Assembly: GCA_046541415.1 (NCBI GenBank)
Contig: JBKHDI010000023.1
Location: 1 to 44,804 of the forward strand
Reading direction: 5' to 3'
Origin: Phycisphaerae bacterium
GTDB lineage: Bacteria > Planctomycetota > Phycisphaerae > SM23-33
Length of the DNA: 44,804 bases
Part shown: one piece after another, positions 27,363-37,135 of the stretch
How the letters are laid out: each line of letters opens with the position of its first letter
Position numbering within the stretch: the first letter of the stretch is position 1
Made by a program: the position numbers and the translations under genes
Notes under the pieces: model-generated
Seen by the model: the letters and a program-made list of their open reading frames with translations, nothing else
Told to the model about the DNA's origin: nothing
Database searches by the model: none

Positions 27363-28382
27363 TCAGAGAGCGCGGTGGGCGTGGACTTCGTCGAACGTCG
27401 CGACCCGGTTCTTGCCCAGTTCCTTGGCCACGTAGAGCGCCCGATCGGCCATCGAGACCAGCGCGTCGCCGCTGGTGGGGTGGTGGCGGGACAGCGAGGC
27501 CACGCCGATCGACATGGTCACCGCGTGGTTGAGCACGGGATGGTTGGCGGTACGCTGGGCGAGTTGCTCGGCGATTCGCTCGACCACGGCCCGGCCGTGG
27601 GACAGGTCGGTGTGCGGCAGGAGCAGGACCATCTCGTCCCCGCCGTAGCGGGCGCCGATGTCGCTGGTTCGCAGGGAGTTGCGGATGATCTCGGCGGTGA
27701 TCTGCAGGATCTCGTCGCCGATCTGGTGGCCGAGGGTGTCGTTGATCTGCTTGTAGTGGTCCAGGTCGGACATGCAGCAGGTCAGGTCAAAGCCGTACCG
27801 CGTCGCCTCGCTGAAGCTGCGGGTCAGGGCATCGGCGAAGCTGCGTCGGTTGTGCAGACCCGTCAGGTGGTCGGTCTCGGCCATGTCTTTCAGACGATCC
27901 AGCGATTCCTCCAGCTGGAAGTTCTTGATCCGCAGCTGCTCGCAGGTGGCCTGGAGTTTGTTCTGCAGTTCGATGTTCTCCCGCCGCATGTGGTGCTGGA
28001 TCAGGGCCTTTTTGACCACCGCGGGAATCGCGAAGATATAGTCGCCCATCTTGACAAGGTAGTCGGTGGCCCCGCGTTCGATGGCCTCGGCCGCCTTGGA
28101 GGTGTTGTTCTCGCTGGTAACGAAGATGATCGGCACGTCGGCCATGCCGAGGATCTGTTCCAGAAGCGCCAGGCCCCCCATGTCCGGCAGGTGGTAGGCC
28201 AGCAGGATGATATCGAAGCTTCCGGGATCGGCTGCGATGCACTCTGCGGCCGAAGTGGCCGGGACGATGTTCTTCTGCCGCCCGCTGCGGTAATGAATCG
28301 CCAGCGTATCGCAGATGAGCCTGCGATGTTCGGTATCGTCGTCTACGACCAGGATGCGGGGGTGTTTGCGGGGGATTTCCAT
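27363..28382 (-). CDS. Response regulator with GGDEF diguanylate cyclase domain (REC-GGDEF; motif variant GGDEM, I-site RxxD present)
   Basis: REC domain with ILVVDDD and the phospho-acceptor Asp region. GGDEF domain with I-site RTSD five residues before the GGDEM motif (nt 27630-27644). Confidence 0.8.
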   Translation of the reverse strand: MEIPRKHPRILVVDDDTEHRRLICDTLAIHYRSGRQKNIVPATSAAECIAADPGSFDIILLAYHLPDMGGLALLEQILGMADVPIIFVTSENNTSKAAEAIERGATDYLVKMGDYIFAIPAVVKKALIQHHMRRENIELQNKLQATCEQLRIKNFQLEESLDRLKDMAETDHLTGLHNRRSFADALTRSFSEATRYGFDLTCCMSDLDHYKQINDTLGHQIGDEILQITAEIIRNSLRTSDIGARYGGDEMVLLLPHTDLSHGRAVVERIAEQLAQRTANHPVLNHAVTMSIGVASLSRHHPTSGDALVSMADRALYVAKELGKNRVATFDEVHAHRAL

Positions 28383-28566
28383 GCGATCGCCTTCAGGCCG
28401 CCCCGGCGCCGATGGCTACCGGCGCAGGTCGGCCTTGATGGCAATATCGGCCAGAAGAGTCACGGGCTTTGCCAACTTTGACGAACTGGACAGTTCCGAC
28501 CCGAGCGAATAGAATGCTGCCCGTTCGCCACCATCTGCAACAGCCCCGCAAGAGAGAGACCTTCGC

Positions 28567-30255
28567 ATGTCAAGCTACGCCATTGGTTTGGACTACGGCA
28601 CGAATTCTGTCAGGGCGATCCTCGTTCGCTGCGCCGACGGGGCGGAAGTCGCTGCCGCCGTGATGGAATACCCCCACGGGCAGGCGGGGATCATCCTCAG
28701 TCCGGAGGATCCGAACCTCGCCCGCCAGCACCCGGCCGACTATGTCCTCGGGGCCGAGACGACCATCAAGCAGGTCCTGGCCGAGGCAGCGGCCAGCGTC
28801 GACGGATTCGACGCGGCCGAGGTGGTCGGCATCGGCGTGGACACCACCGGCTCGACCCCCCTGCCGGTCGACCAGGCGGGCAGGCCGCTGGCCTTCGAGG
28901 ACCGCTTCGCCAAAAACCCCAACGCGATGGCCTGGCTGTGGAAGGACCATACCTCGATCGCCGAGGCCGAGGAAATTACCGCCCTGGCCGCCGAGATCCG
29001 CCCGGACTACCTGCTCAAGTGCGGCGGGACCTACTCCAGCGAGTGGTTCTTCGCCAAGCTGCTGCACTGCATCCGCGTCGATGCGGAGGTCTTCGACGCC
29101 GCGGCCAGCTGGGTCGAAATCGCCGACTGGATCCCCGCCTTCCTGACCGGCGCCCAAAAGCCGGCCCACCTGACCGCCTGCGTCTGTGCAGCCGGCCACA
29201 AGGCGATGTACTCCGACCAGTGGGGCGGCTACCCGGACGCCGAGTTCCTGGGCAAGCTGGATCCCAGACTCGCCGAGCTTCGCGAGGTACTCCAGGACAA
29301 GGCCCATGCGATCGACCACGTCGCCGGGACCCTGACCGAGCAGTGGGCCCTCAGGACGGGGCTCAGGCCGGGGATCGCCGTGGCAACCGGAGCCTTCGAC
29401 GCACACCTCGGGGCCGTCGGGGCGGGAATCGGACCCGGCACGATGGTCAAGGTCCTCGGTACCAGCGGCTGCGACATGGTCGTTGCCCCGGGCGATGAGC
29501 CCGTGGCCGACATCCCGGGCCTCTGCGGGATCGTCAAGGGCAGCATCCTGCCCGGTTTCTGGGGCCTGGAGGCGGGGCAATCCGCCGTCGGCGACCTGTA
29601 CAACTGGTGGGTCAATGTCATTCAGCCCGGTGGGGGCCTGTCGCACGAGCAACTGACGACCGAGGCGCAGAAGCTTTCTCCGGGCCAGTCGGGGCTGCTG
29701 GCGCTGGACTGGAACCACGGCAACCGGACGATCCTGGTCGACCAGCGGCTGACGGGGCTGATGATCGGCCAGACGCTCTCGACCACGCCGGGCGAGGTGT
29801 ACCGGGCGCTGATCGAGGCGACGGCGTTCGGGGCCCTGGCGATCATCGAGCGCTTCGAGCAGTATGACGTGGCCATCGAGCAGGTCGTCAACTGCGGCGG
29901 GATCGCCGAGAGGAACCCGATGGTCATGCAGATCTACGCGGACGTAACGGGCCGACCCATGAAGATCTCCCGATCCGCCCAGACCTGTGCGCTGGGTGCG
30001 GCGATTGCCGGGGCCGTCGCTGCCGGAAGCGAAGCCGGCGGCCACGACAGCTTCGCCGACGCCCAGGCGGCCATGACGGGCCTGAAGGAGGCAGTCTACA
30101 CGCCCCACGCCGGCGCGCACGAGACCTACCGGAAGCTCTATCGCCTCTGGATGCAACTGCACGACAGCTTCGGCGGGGTCAGCGACTCAGCCGACCTCTC
30201 GAAGGTCATGAAGGACCTGCTGGCCATCCGGGCCGAGGCCCGATCTCAGGGCTGA
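28567..30255 (+). CDS. araB: Ribulokinase (FGGY family)
   Basis: Strong end-to-end similarity pattern to E. coli AraB (IGLDYGTNSVRA ... GVDTTGSTP ... NAMAWLWKDHT ... YSSEWFFAKLLH ... GLEAGQSA ... LGAAIAGAVAAG). Confidence 0.85.
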   Translation: MSSYAIGLDYGTNSVRAILVRCADGAEVAAAVMEYPHGQAGIILSPEDPNLARQHPADYVLGAETTIKQVLAEAAASVDGFDAAEVVGIGVDTTGSTPLPVDQAGRPLAFEDRFAKNPNAMAWLWKDHTSIAEAEEITALAAEIRPDYLLKCGGTYSSEWFFAKLLHCIRVDAEVFDAAASWVEIADWIPAFLTGAQKPAHLTACVCAAGHKAMYSDQWGGYPDAEFLGKLDPRLAELREVLQDKAHAIDHVAGTLTEQWALRTGLRPGIAVATGAFDAHLGAVGAGIGPGTMVKVLGTSGCDMVVAPGDEPVADIPGLCGIVKGSILPGFWGLEAGQSAVGDLYNWWVNVIQPGGGLSHEQLTTEAQKLSPGQSGLLALDWNHGNRTILVDQRLTGLMIGQTLSTTPGEVYRALIEATAFGALAIIERFEQYDVAIEQVVNCGGIAERNPMVMQIYADVTGRPMKISRSAQTCALGAAIAGAVAAGSEAGGHDSFADAQAAMTGLKEAVYTPHAGAHETYRKLYRLWMQLHDSFGGVSDSADLSKVMKDLLAIRAEARSQG

Positions 30256-32222
30256 TCGACCTTGCGGTCTATCACGACGCTGGTGGCGTGGATATAGAAG
30301 GCGTCGGCCTTCTCGCGCCCGGACTTGATGGTCACCTTGACCGACTCGCCCAGCTTGTCCGGGCTGATCCGGTAGAGGTGGATGCCCGGCCTTTCGGCGA
30401 TCGGCATCCAGTCGCCATCGTCGATGCGGATCTGCGAGCCGGGATGGTCCGAGCCTCCCAGGGCGATCCGCACCCAGGCTGCCTGGATGGCCGGGTCGGC
30501 GGGGTTCGGCACGTCGATGCTCTGCGAGACGATCTCGTCGGGGTTCATCCGCAGGAAGACGTCCTTGCTGAAGTGCTGGACCCGGCTGACTGAACCCAGC
30601 GATCCAGGCTCGCGCAGGTCCACGAGCAACCGGACGGCCGAACGGGCCGGCAGGGACAGGCTCACCGGCCTCCGGCCGGGGTCGGCCAACGTCTGGTCGT
30701 CCATTCTCTCCACAGGCACGTCGACGAGCTTGAGCTTGCGAGCCTTGGCGTCCACGTCCACCGACGTTGCCTCCACCGCCCGATGGGCCGGCAGGGAAAC
30801 CGAAAGTTCCCGCGGTCGGTTGTCGTCGTTGTAGACCAGCACGACCAATCGCTTGTCCGCATCGATCGACGCGACGGACCAGACGTCCGGGTCGTCGGTC
30901 CGGGTCTTTACCAGTTTGCCGCGCAGGGGCTTGAGCAGGCGGAAGACGAATTCGTCGCCGCCCAGGCCCCAGTCGGCCTTGTCGGGTCCGTGGCTGGTGC
31001 GCGTCGCTGCCTTGTCCGGCTGGAATGTCAGCTGGCAGAGGATGTCCCGCGTGCCGTAGCCGAAACTCCCCACGGCCGTGGCCAGCGGGTCGTCATTCTT
31101 TGCCTCGCCGGTGTCGTAGCCGGGCATCTGCGGGTCGGTGCGTCCCTGGGTTTCGGTGTTGAAGTTCCGCAGCCACTTGTCGTGCTTGACCTTGCCGTAC
31201 GCGGTGATCAGCTCGTAGGCCGCGGCGACCCGGCGGGGGTCGGTGTAGTAATGATGCTCGGTGATTCCGTCGATCCACTCGGCCCCGGCGTCGATGGTGG
31301 GGCGGTAGAGCGTTTCCCAGGCGGCGTAGTTGTTCGAGTAGATGTTGTAGCCCCACCCGGCGGCCAGGGTGGCCGAGGGAAGCTCCTTCTTGAGCACCGG
31401 TGCGTAGGCCCGGAGCATCTGGAGGTACCACTTGAGGTTCTGCTGTCCCGAGAAGTAGCTGACCTGCGTCGGGTCGCGGCCCCACCAGAGCTCGACGTTG
31501 CGGTACTTCCCGCCGCGGAACTCGAACTCGTAGCCTTCCGGGTTCTTGCGCCCGATGTAGTTGTAGGCCAGGTACGCCATCAGGTCCGTCGAGCCATCCT
31601 CGGCGTGGACGCTGCGGACGGCGCGGGTCCAGACGAGGTGTTCGGTGGGCTCGGACCGGCCCTTGAGCGTCATTCGCCCGCCCTCGCGGCGGTTTTCGGG
31701 CTTGTAGAACTGCCCGTCGTAATTGACGGCCGGCTTGTAGGCCCAGTTGAGGTACGGTTCGTTCCAGAACTCCACCCAGCCGGGCCAGTCGGCCCGTTTG
31801 CAGGCGGCAGCGTAGTCCCTGGCTGCCTGGGTGAGGATCTCGCGGAAGTCGTTCGGGTTGGTTACCGCCAGGGCCGGCCGGTAGCGGTCGCCGAGACAAT
31901 CGAGCACCATGGGGATCTGCCCCAGCTCGGGGTTCTTGCTCGGCAGGAAGGGCCCGGCCAGCGGGTCGCTGTGCATCTTGCGGAACAGCTCGATGCCCCA
32001 GTCGTCGATGGTCTCCGGATCCGCATCGAACCAGTGGACGCCGAACAGCCCGGCGGGGATCTCGTCGTAGCCGTTGACCGTCAGCAACTGGTCGTACACC
32101 TGTACGCGGACGCGTTCGGCTTCCGGCGTCGGTTTCGGTTCAGCCGCCCCGGTTTGTGTGCAGCCGGTCATCCCAAACAGGCCCGCTGCGCAAAGCAGTG
32201 CGGAAAGGCAGGTGGTTCTCAT
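30246..32222 (-). CDS. Secreted lipoprotein glycoside hydrolase (TIM-barrel clan GH-A-like; EFWNEP motif)
   Basis: Signal peptide with lipobox FGMTGC. WVEFWNEPYLNW resembles the catalytic acid/base NEP motif of GH5/GH30/GH39-like enzymes. 658 aa. The 3' end overlaps araB by 10 nt, convergent. Confidence 0.5.
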   Translation of the reverse strand: MRTTCLSALLCAAGLFGMTGCTQTGAAEPKPTPEAERVRVQVYDQLLTVNGYDEIPAGLFGVHWFDADPETIDDWGIELFRKMHSDPLAGPFLPSKNPELGQIPMVLDCLGDRYRPALAVTNPNDFREILTQAARDYAAACKRADWPGWVEFWNEPYLNWAYKPAVNYDGQFYKPENRREGGRMTLKGRSEPTEHLVWTRAVRSVHAEDGSTDLMAYLAYNYIGRKNPEGYEFEFRGGKYRNVELWWGRDPTQVSYFSGQQNLKWYLQMLRAYAPVLKKELPSATLAAGWGYNIYSNNYAAWETLYRPTIDAGAEWIDGITEHHYYTDPRRVAAAYELITAYGKVKHDKWLRNFNTETQGRTDPQMPGYDTGEAKNDDPLATAVGSFGYGTRDILCQLTFQPDKAATRTSHGPDKADWGLGGDEFVFRLLKPLRGKLVKTRTDDPDVWSVASIDADKRLVVLVYNDDNRPRELSVSLPAHRAVEATSVDVDAKARKLKLVDVPVERMDDQTLADPGRRPVSLSLPARSAVRLLVDLREPGSLGSVSRVQHFSKDVFLRMNPDEIVSQSIDVPNPADPAIQAAWVRIALGGSDHPGSQIRIDDGDWMPIAERPGIHLYRISPDKLGESVKVTIKSGREKADAFYIHATSVVIDRKVDQP

Positions 32223-32244
32223 CGAAATGTCTCCTCAAGGCCCC

Positions 32245-32778
32245 TCAGGACGATTCGTTCTCATCCCGACCCTGCCGCATTGCCTCCCGCAAGGCCTGGC
32301 AGATATCTTCATGATAGCCGACCAGCGTGACTTCTTCGAGGGTCTGGTCATCTTCCAGGAACTGGCGGATCGTCTGGACGGCGATCTGGCAGGCCTGTCC
32401 GATCGGATACCCGTACACCCCGCAGCTGATGGCCGGGAAGGCGACGGTCTTGCATCCGCTCTCCACCGCCAAAGACAGGCTGTTGCGGTAGCAGGCGGCC
32501 AGGAGGTCCCGTTCGTCCATGGTCCCGCCTGCCCAGACGGGCCCGACCGTGTGAATCACGTAGCGGGCGGGCAGGTTGTAACCGCCGGTGATCTTCGCTT
32601 CGCCGGTCTCGCAGCCGTCGAGGGTCTTGCACTCTTCCAGCAGTCCGGGCCCGGCCGAGCGGTGGATCGCACCGTCGACCCCGCCTCCGCCAAGCAGCGT
32701 CTTGTTGGCTGCGTTGACGATCGCGTCGACCTCCAGGCGGGTGATATCCCCGCGGATCAGCTTCAGTCGCTTGCTCAT
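32245..32778 (-). CDS. Macro-domain protein (O-acetyl-ADP-ribose deacetylase, YmdB-like)
   Basis: [18 protein letters not shown] ... [15 protein letters not shown] ... [18 protein letters not shown] signature. Confidence 0.85.
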   Translation of the reverse strand: MSKRLKLIRGDITRLEVDAIVNAANKTLLGGGGVDGAIHRSAGPGLLEECKTLDGCETGEAKITGGYNLPARYVIHTVGPVWAGGTMDERDLLAACYRNSLSLAVESGCKTVAFPAISCGVYGYPIGQACQIAVQTIRQFLEDDQTLEEVTLVGYHEDICQALREAMRQGRDENESS

Positions 32779-33320
32779 CGCGGCCCCCTTGCCAGCCAGA
32801 TCGCCAGGTACACCTTGACGTCGATCTTGTGGCCTTGCCTGCGCATCGTTTCCAGCCAGGTCTCGGCGGAGTCCAGTTCGACCAGGTGCACGCGGATGTC
32901 TTCGGAATCGTCCCCCCCGCCGTGGTCGATCTTCTCCAGATCAGTGCAGCGGTAAAGCGTCATCGTCTCGCCGGTCGTCCCGGCCGATACGGTCGCCTCG
33001 GCGACAACTTCCTCGATTCGCCCGGCCCGGTAGCCGGTCTCCTCCAGCAGTTCGCGTCCAGCGGCCTCGGCCATGGCTTCGCTACGGCGGTCGGGTTCGT
33101 CCCCTACCAGCCCGGCGGGGATCTCGATGACCGTCGAGCCGATGGGGGGGCGGTACTGTTCGATCAGCACGACCTTACCATCGTCGGTGTAGGCCATCAT
33201 CCCCACGATGCCCGAGATGTTCTTGCGCTGGGTGTATTCCCAGCCGTCGGCATCGAGGAACCGGAGGAACTTGCCCTCGGCCAGCAGACGCGGTGAATCC
33301 GTTCCTGACTTGCTGCTCAT
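32775..33320 (-). CDS. NUDIX hydrolase (ADP-ribose pyrophosphatase-like)
   Basis: Nudix box [10 protein letters not shown] (REUxEExGU). Start chosen at the internal Met; the upstream ORF extension lacks family similarity. ATGA overlap with the macro gene. Confidence 0.75.
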   Translation of the reverse strand: MSSKSGTDSPRLLAEGKFLRFLDADGWEYTQRKNISGIVGMMAYTDDGKVVLIEQYRPPIGSTVIEIPAGLVGDEPDRRSEAMAEAAGRELLEETGYRAGRIEEVVAEATVSAGTTGETMTLYRCTDLEKIDHGGGDDSEDIRVHLVELDSAETWLETMRRQGHKIDVKVYLAIWLARGPR

Positions 33321-33462
33321 CCTGCACGCTCCTTGCTCTGAGACTGCCAATCTACTCTGCCCCGGCGCGGGCTGCAACCGAATGGAGGGGAGGAATTCGT
33401 TTGACGATCCGCTGCGGGCGGTCTTGAATGGACCGCTGCTGCAGATCCATGGAGGAATCGCC

Positions 33463-34443
33463 ATGGCGAAAAAGACAAAATGGGGCATCCTGGCCACCGG
33501 CAGGATCGCCGGCCAATTCGCCCGGGGCCTGGCCTCGGCGGAAGGGGCCGAACTGGTTGCCTGCGGATCGCGCAGCCGGCAGTCCGCCGACGCCTTTGCC
33601 GCCGAGCACGGAATCGGCCGTGCCTGCGGGTCGTACCAGCAGCTGGCCGCCCAAAGCGATGTCGATGTGATCTACATCGCCACGCCGCATACCGAGCACT
33701 GCGAAAACACGCTGCTTTGCCTGCAGCACGGCAAGGCGGTTCTCTGCGAGAAACCCTTCGCGGTCAACGTCGACCAGGCCCGGCGCATGGTCGATGCTGC
33801 CAGGTCGGCCGGGCTGTTCTGCATGGAGGCGATGTGGACGCGGTTCTTCCCGGCCATGGCGAAGCTGCGGGAGATCCTCGCCGCCGGGACGATCGGCCAG
33901 CCGCGGTTGGTCCAGGCGGACTTCGGCTTCCGCACCGGCTGGGACCCGCAGTCGCGCCTTCTGAACCCGGACCTGGCCGGCGGGGGCCTGCTGGACGTGG
34001 GCGTCTATGCGATTTCGCTGGCCTCGATGGTTCTCGGTCCGGCCCAGCGGGCCACGGGCCTGGCCGAGATCGGCGATACCGGTGTGGACACCCAGGCGGG
34101 CATGGTCCTGCAGCACGACGGCGGGGCGATTTCCGTCTTGGCCTGCGGCGTGCGGACGCAGACACCCCAGGACGCCTGGGTCCTCGGCAGCGAGGGCCGC
34201 ATCCGCATCCACAGCCCGTTCTGGAAACCGGCGAAACTGACGGTCTATTCCGGCGACTCGGAGCAGACGATCCAGCCGGATTGCAGGGGCAACGGCTACA
34301 ACTACCAGGCCGAGCACGTCGCCGATTGCCTCCAGGCCGCCCGAACCGAAAGCCCCGTCATGCCCCTGGACGAAACGGTCCGGATCATCCGGACAATGGA
34401 CCAGTTCCGCAGCCAGTGGGGCCTGCAGTATCCTTTTGAATAA
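33463..34443 (+). CDS. Gfo/Idh/MocA-family NAD(P)-dependent oxidoreductase
   Basis: WGILATGRIAGQFA Rossmann N-terminus and EKPFA motif. GGAGG RBS 7 nt upstream. Confidence 0.8.
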   Translation: MAKKTKWGILATGRIAGQFARGLASAEGAELVACGSRSRQSADAFAAEHGIGRACGSYQQLAAQSDVDVIYIATPHTEHCENTLLCLQHGKAVLCEKPFAVNVDQARRMVDAARSAGLFCMEAMWTRFFPAMAKLREILAAGTIGQPRLVQADFGFRTGWDPQSRLLNPDLAGGGLLDVGVYAISLASMVLGPAQRATGLAEIGDTGVDTQAGMVLQHDGGAISVLACGVRTQTPQDAWVLGSEGRIRIHSPFWKPAKLTVYSGDSEQTIQPDCRGNGYNYQAEHVADCLQAARTESPVMPLDETVRIIRTMDQFRSQWGLQYPFE

Positions 34444-34460
34444 CACGCAGGAGTCTTTCG

Positions 34461-35435
34461 ATGCCCATGCAGTACGGCAATATTCCGGGGGTGGAAAAGC
34501 CCGTCTCCCGCATCGTGCAGGGGACGGTGATGATCAACTCGGCCGAGGATGACGGGCAGTTCGCGTTGCTCGACGGCATCTTCCAGCGCGGGTGCAACAC
34601 GTTCGATACCGCCCACGTGTACGGCGGGGGCAGGAACGAACGGGCCGTGGGCCGGTGGGTCCGCGACCGGTCCCTGCGCGACCGGGTGGTGATCATCGCC
34701 AAGGGCGCCCACCACAACGCCGACCGCCGCCGCGTGACCCCGTTCGACATCACCTCGGATCTGCACGACTCGCTGGCGCGGCTGGGGTTCGAGTACATCG
34801 ACCTCTACCTGCTGCACCGGGACGACCCCACCCAGCCGGTCGAGGGAATCGTCGACGTACTGAACGAACATCTCGCCGCCGGGCGGATCCACGCGTTCGG
34901 GGCTTCGAACTGGACGCACAAGCGGATCGCCGAGGCCAACGCCTACGCCCGCCAGAACGGCCTGACGGGGTTCGTCGCCTCCTCGCCGAACTTCTCCCTG
35001 GCCCAGCAGAACGCCGAGCCCTGGGAAGGCTGCGTGAGCATATCCGGCCCGTCGCAGGCCGACGCCCGGAAGTGGTACCAGTCGGCGCAGATGCCGCTGA
35101 TGAGCTGGTCGTCGCTGGCGGGGGGGTTCTTCGCCGGCCAGACTCGCAACGATACCCTGGAAGCCTTTCAGCAGAGTCTGGACGGGATGGTCCGCACCAG
35201 CTACGCCAGCGAGGAGAACTTCCGGCGACTGAAGCGGGCGGAAACGCTGGCCGACGAGAAGGGCCTGACCGTGGCACAGATCGCCGCAGCCTGGGTGCTC
35301 TGCTCGCCGATGAACACCCTGCCCATGTTCGGCCCGCGAAGCCTGGAGGAGTTCGACCAGAACCTCGCTGCTTTGGATGTCGTGCTCAGCGATGCCGAGC
35401 GCGACTGGCTGGATCTGCGGTCCGATCAGCGGTAA
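34461..35435 (+). CDS. Aldo/keto reductase
   Basis: FDTAHVYGGGRNE and IIAKG motifs of the AKR family. RBS GCAGGAG. Confidence 0.8.
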   Translation: MPMQYGNIPGVEKPVSRIVQGTVMINSAEDDGQFALLDGIFQRGCNTFDTAHVYGGGRNERAVGRWVRDRSLRDRVVIIAKGAHHNADRRRVTPFDITSDLHDSLARLGFEYIDLYLLHRDDPTQPVEGIVDVLNEHLAAGRIHAFGASNWTHKRIAEANAYARQNGLTGFVASSPNFSLAQQNAEPWEGCVSISGPSQADARKWYQSAQMPLMSWSSLAGGFFAGQTRNDTLEAFQQSLDGMVRTSYASEENFRRLKRAETLADEKGLTVAQIAAAWVLCSPMNTLPMFGPRSLEEFDQNLAALDVVLSDAERDWLDLRSDQR

Positions 35436-35457
35436 CCGCCGGGAGCGGGGGCGGGCG

Positions 35458-36906
35458 TCAGTCTTCTTCCGGCTCGTTGGCGCTGCGGGCGTAGGTCGGC
35501 TGGCCGATGACTCTCGATGCGGATTCGGCGATCGCGCGGGCCAGGATCGGGTCTGCCTGCTGGGTCCGGCGGTCTTCGACGGCCTCGTCCGGGTCGATGC
35601 CGGTGACGGAGTAATCGTCGCCGCGCGGCGAGAGGATGGTCAGTTCGGCCCGGAAGCAGATGACGTACCCGTTGGCCAGGGTGTGCTGGTCGCGTCCGAA
35701 CAGGGCCCCGAAGGTGTCTTCGCCGACGATCCGGGCTGCGCCGTTGTCTCGCAGGGCCATTGCGAGCATCTCGGCGGCGGAGGCGGTGGCGCGGTTGGTC
35801 AGGAGGGTCACTTCGGCCTGGACGGCCCCGGGTTTGGAGAGGAAGACCACCCGCTGGCCTACGCGGAAGGCGAAGGTCTGCAGGGTGCGGCGGTCCAGGA
35901 AGATGTCGGCCACCGCGTTGGCTTCCTCCAGTTTGCCCCCCGTATTGCCCCGCAGATCGAGAACGAAGCGGGTCATCCCGGCCTGCCGGGCCCGGTGGAC
36001 GAGGGTCGAGACCTTTTCGCCGACGCCCGCGCCGTCGAACGAGGGGATGCGGATGTAGCACAGGCCCGCTGTGGGTACCGCGGCGCGGACGGCCAGCGAG
36101 GCGGCAGAGGCCCGTCGCAAGCGGAAACGCAGGCCTTGGCCGTCGCGGACGGCCTTAATTTCCAGGCTCGATCCGACGGGCCCGGCCAGCAGGTCGTCGA
36201 CAGTCTGTGCGGAATCGGCGCTGCTGACAGGCCGACCGTTGACGGAAGTCACCCGGTCGCCGTCTTGCAGGCCCGCCTGGTGGGCGGGGGAAAGCGGCAG
36301 GACGTCGACCACGGGCCAGTTGTCCACCGCCAGGCCCACCACGCCCGGTTCGGGCTGGCTGTTGCGGCGGCGGGACTGTTCGATCGCCGCGGCGACGGCG
36401 GGGGTGTACAACTGGGCGGATTTCGGACCGGCCCCGCGGAGCAGGCCCGCCAGACCGGCGGCGATCAGCTGCTCTTCGTCGTGGACGGCCGGCTGGCGGT
36501 CGTGGATCTGCTGGAGCACGTGGGCGAAGCTGTGGCTGCGGATGGCCGTCCAGATCCATGCCTCCCGATGGGCCGAGGCGATCGGGGCGCCGGTCTGGCT
36601 GCGATACTCGTTGCACATCGCGTCGACGGCGGACCGCGCCAGGCTGCGCGGGTCCGGCTGGGGGTAGGCCCGCTGCATGAGCACGTCGAAGGCCTCGTCG
36701 AGGCAGTTGGTCCGGGCGGAAGGCGGGGTCGAAGCATCGGCGCCGACCGGCCCGGCCGGGGCCGAGTATTCCGCAAGGACCTGCGTTTCCTGCCCCGTCT
36801 GGCAGGTCTTGACGAAACTGGGCGCAGACTGGTCGCGGAAGACGTTGAAGTTGCATCCGCCCAGGCAAAGCAGCGCGGCGGAGAAGATGGCGGCCATCTG
36901 TTTCAT
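35458..36906 (-). CDS. S41-family C-terminal processing peptidase with PDZ domain (lipoprotein)
   Basis: PDZ (GLQDGDRVTSVNGRPV) and S41 core (VLDLRGNTGG). The start at 36906 gives a lipoprotein signal peptide MKQMAAIFSAALLCLGGC with a GGAGGA RBS. The ORF extends to 36936. Confidence 0.7.
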   Translation of the reverse strand: MKQMAAIFSAALLCLGGCNFNVFRDQSAPSFVKTCQTGQETQVLAEYSAPAGPVGADASTPPSARTNCLDEAFDVLMQRAYPQPDPRSLARSAVDAMCNEYRSQTGAPIASAHREAWIWTAIRSHSFAHVLQQIHDRQPAVHDEEQLIAAGLAGLLRGAGPKSAQLYTPAVAAAIEQSRRRNSQPEPGVVGLAVDNWPVVDVLPLSPAHQAGLQDGDRVTSVNGRPVSSADSAQTVDDLLAGPVGSSLEIKAVRDGQGLRFRLRRASAASLAVRAAVPTAGLCYIRIPSFDGAGVGEKVSTLVHRARQAGMTRFVLDLRGNTGGKLEEANAVADIFLDRRTLQTFAFRVGQRVVFLSKPGAVQAEVTLLTNRATASAAEMLAMALRDNGAARIVGEDTFGALFGRDQHTLANGYVICFRAELTILSPRGDDYSVTGIDPDEAVEDRRTQQADPILARAIAESASRVIGQPTYARSANEPEED

Positions 36907-37135
36907 AACCCGTTCCTCCAGGGGTCGGTTGCTCATTCCTCTCCGGCCTGCGACGATGCGTCGGCCGGCAGAGCAGGGCTTTCGCCCCTGCCGGCTATAT
37001 CGACCGCCTGGGAGGGGAGCATGACTTGGGATCGGGCCACAGATGGGATTTTGCAGATGGGATCACCCGGGCCCTGCGGGCTGGGACGACTGTGCTGAAA
37101 ATACCGGTCGCCCGCCGGCAACCAGGTGGGTGTAT

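Noticed and set aside
32775-33497. Full-length 240-aa version of the NUDIX ORF with a 59-aa N-terminal extension
   Set aside because: The extension (MARMPHFVFFAMAIPPWIC...) has no family similarity and would overlap the divergent Gfo/Idh/MocA gene's promoter region. The internal Met gives a standard-size Nudix protein.
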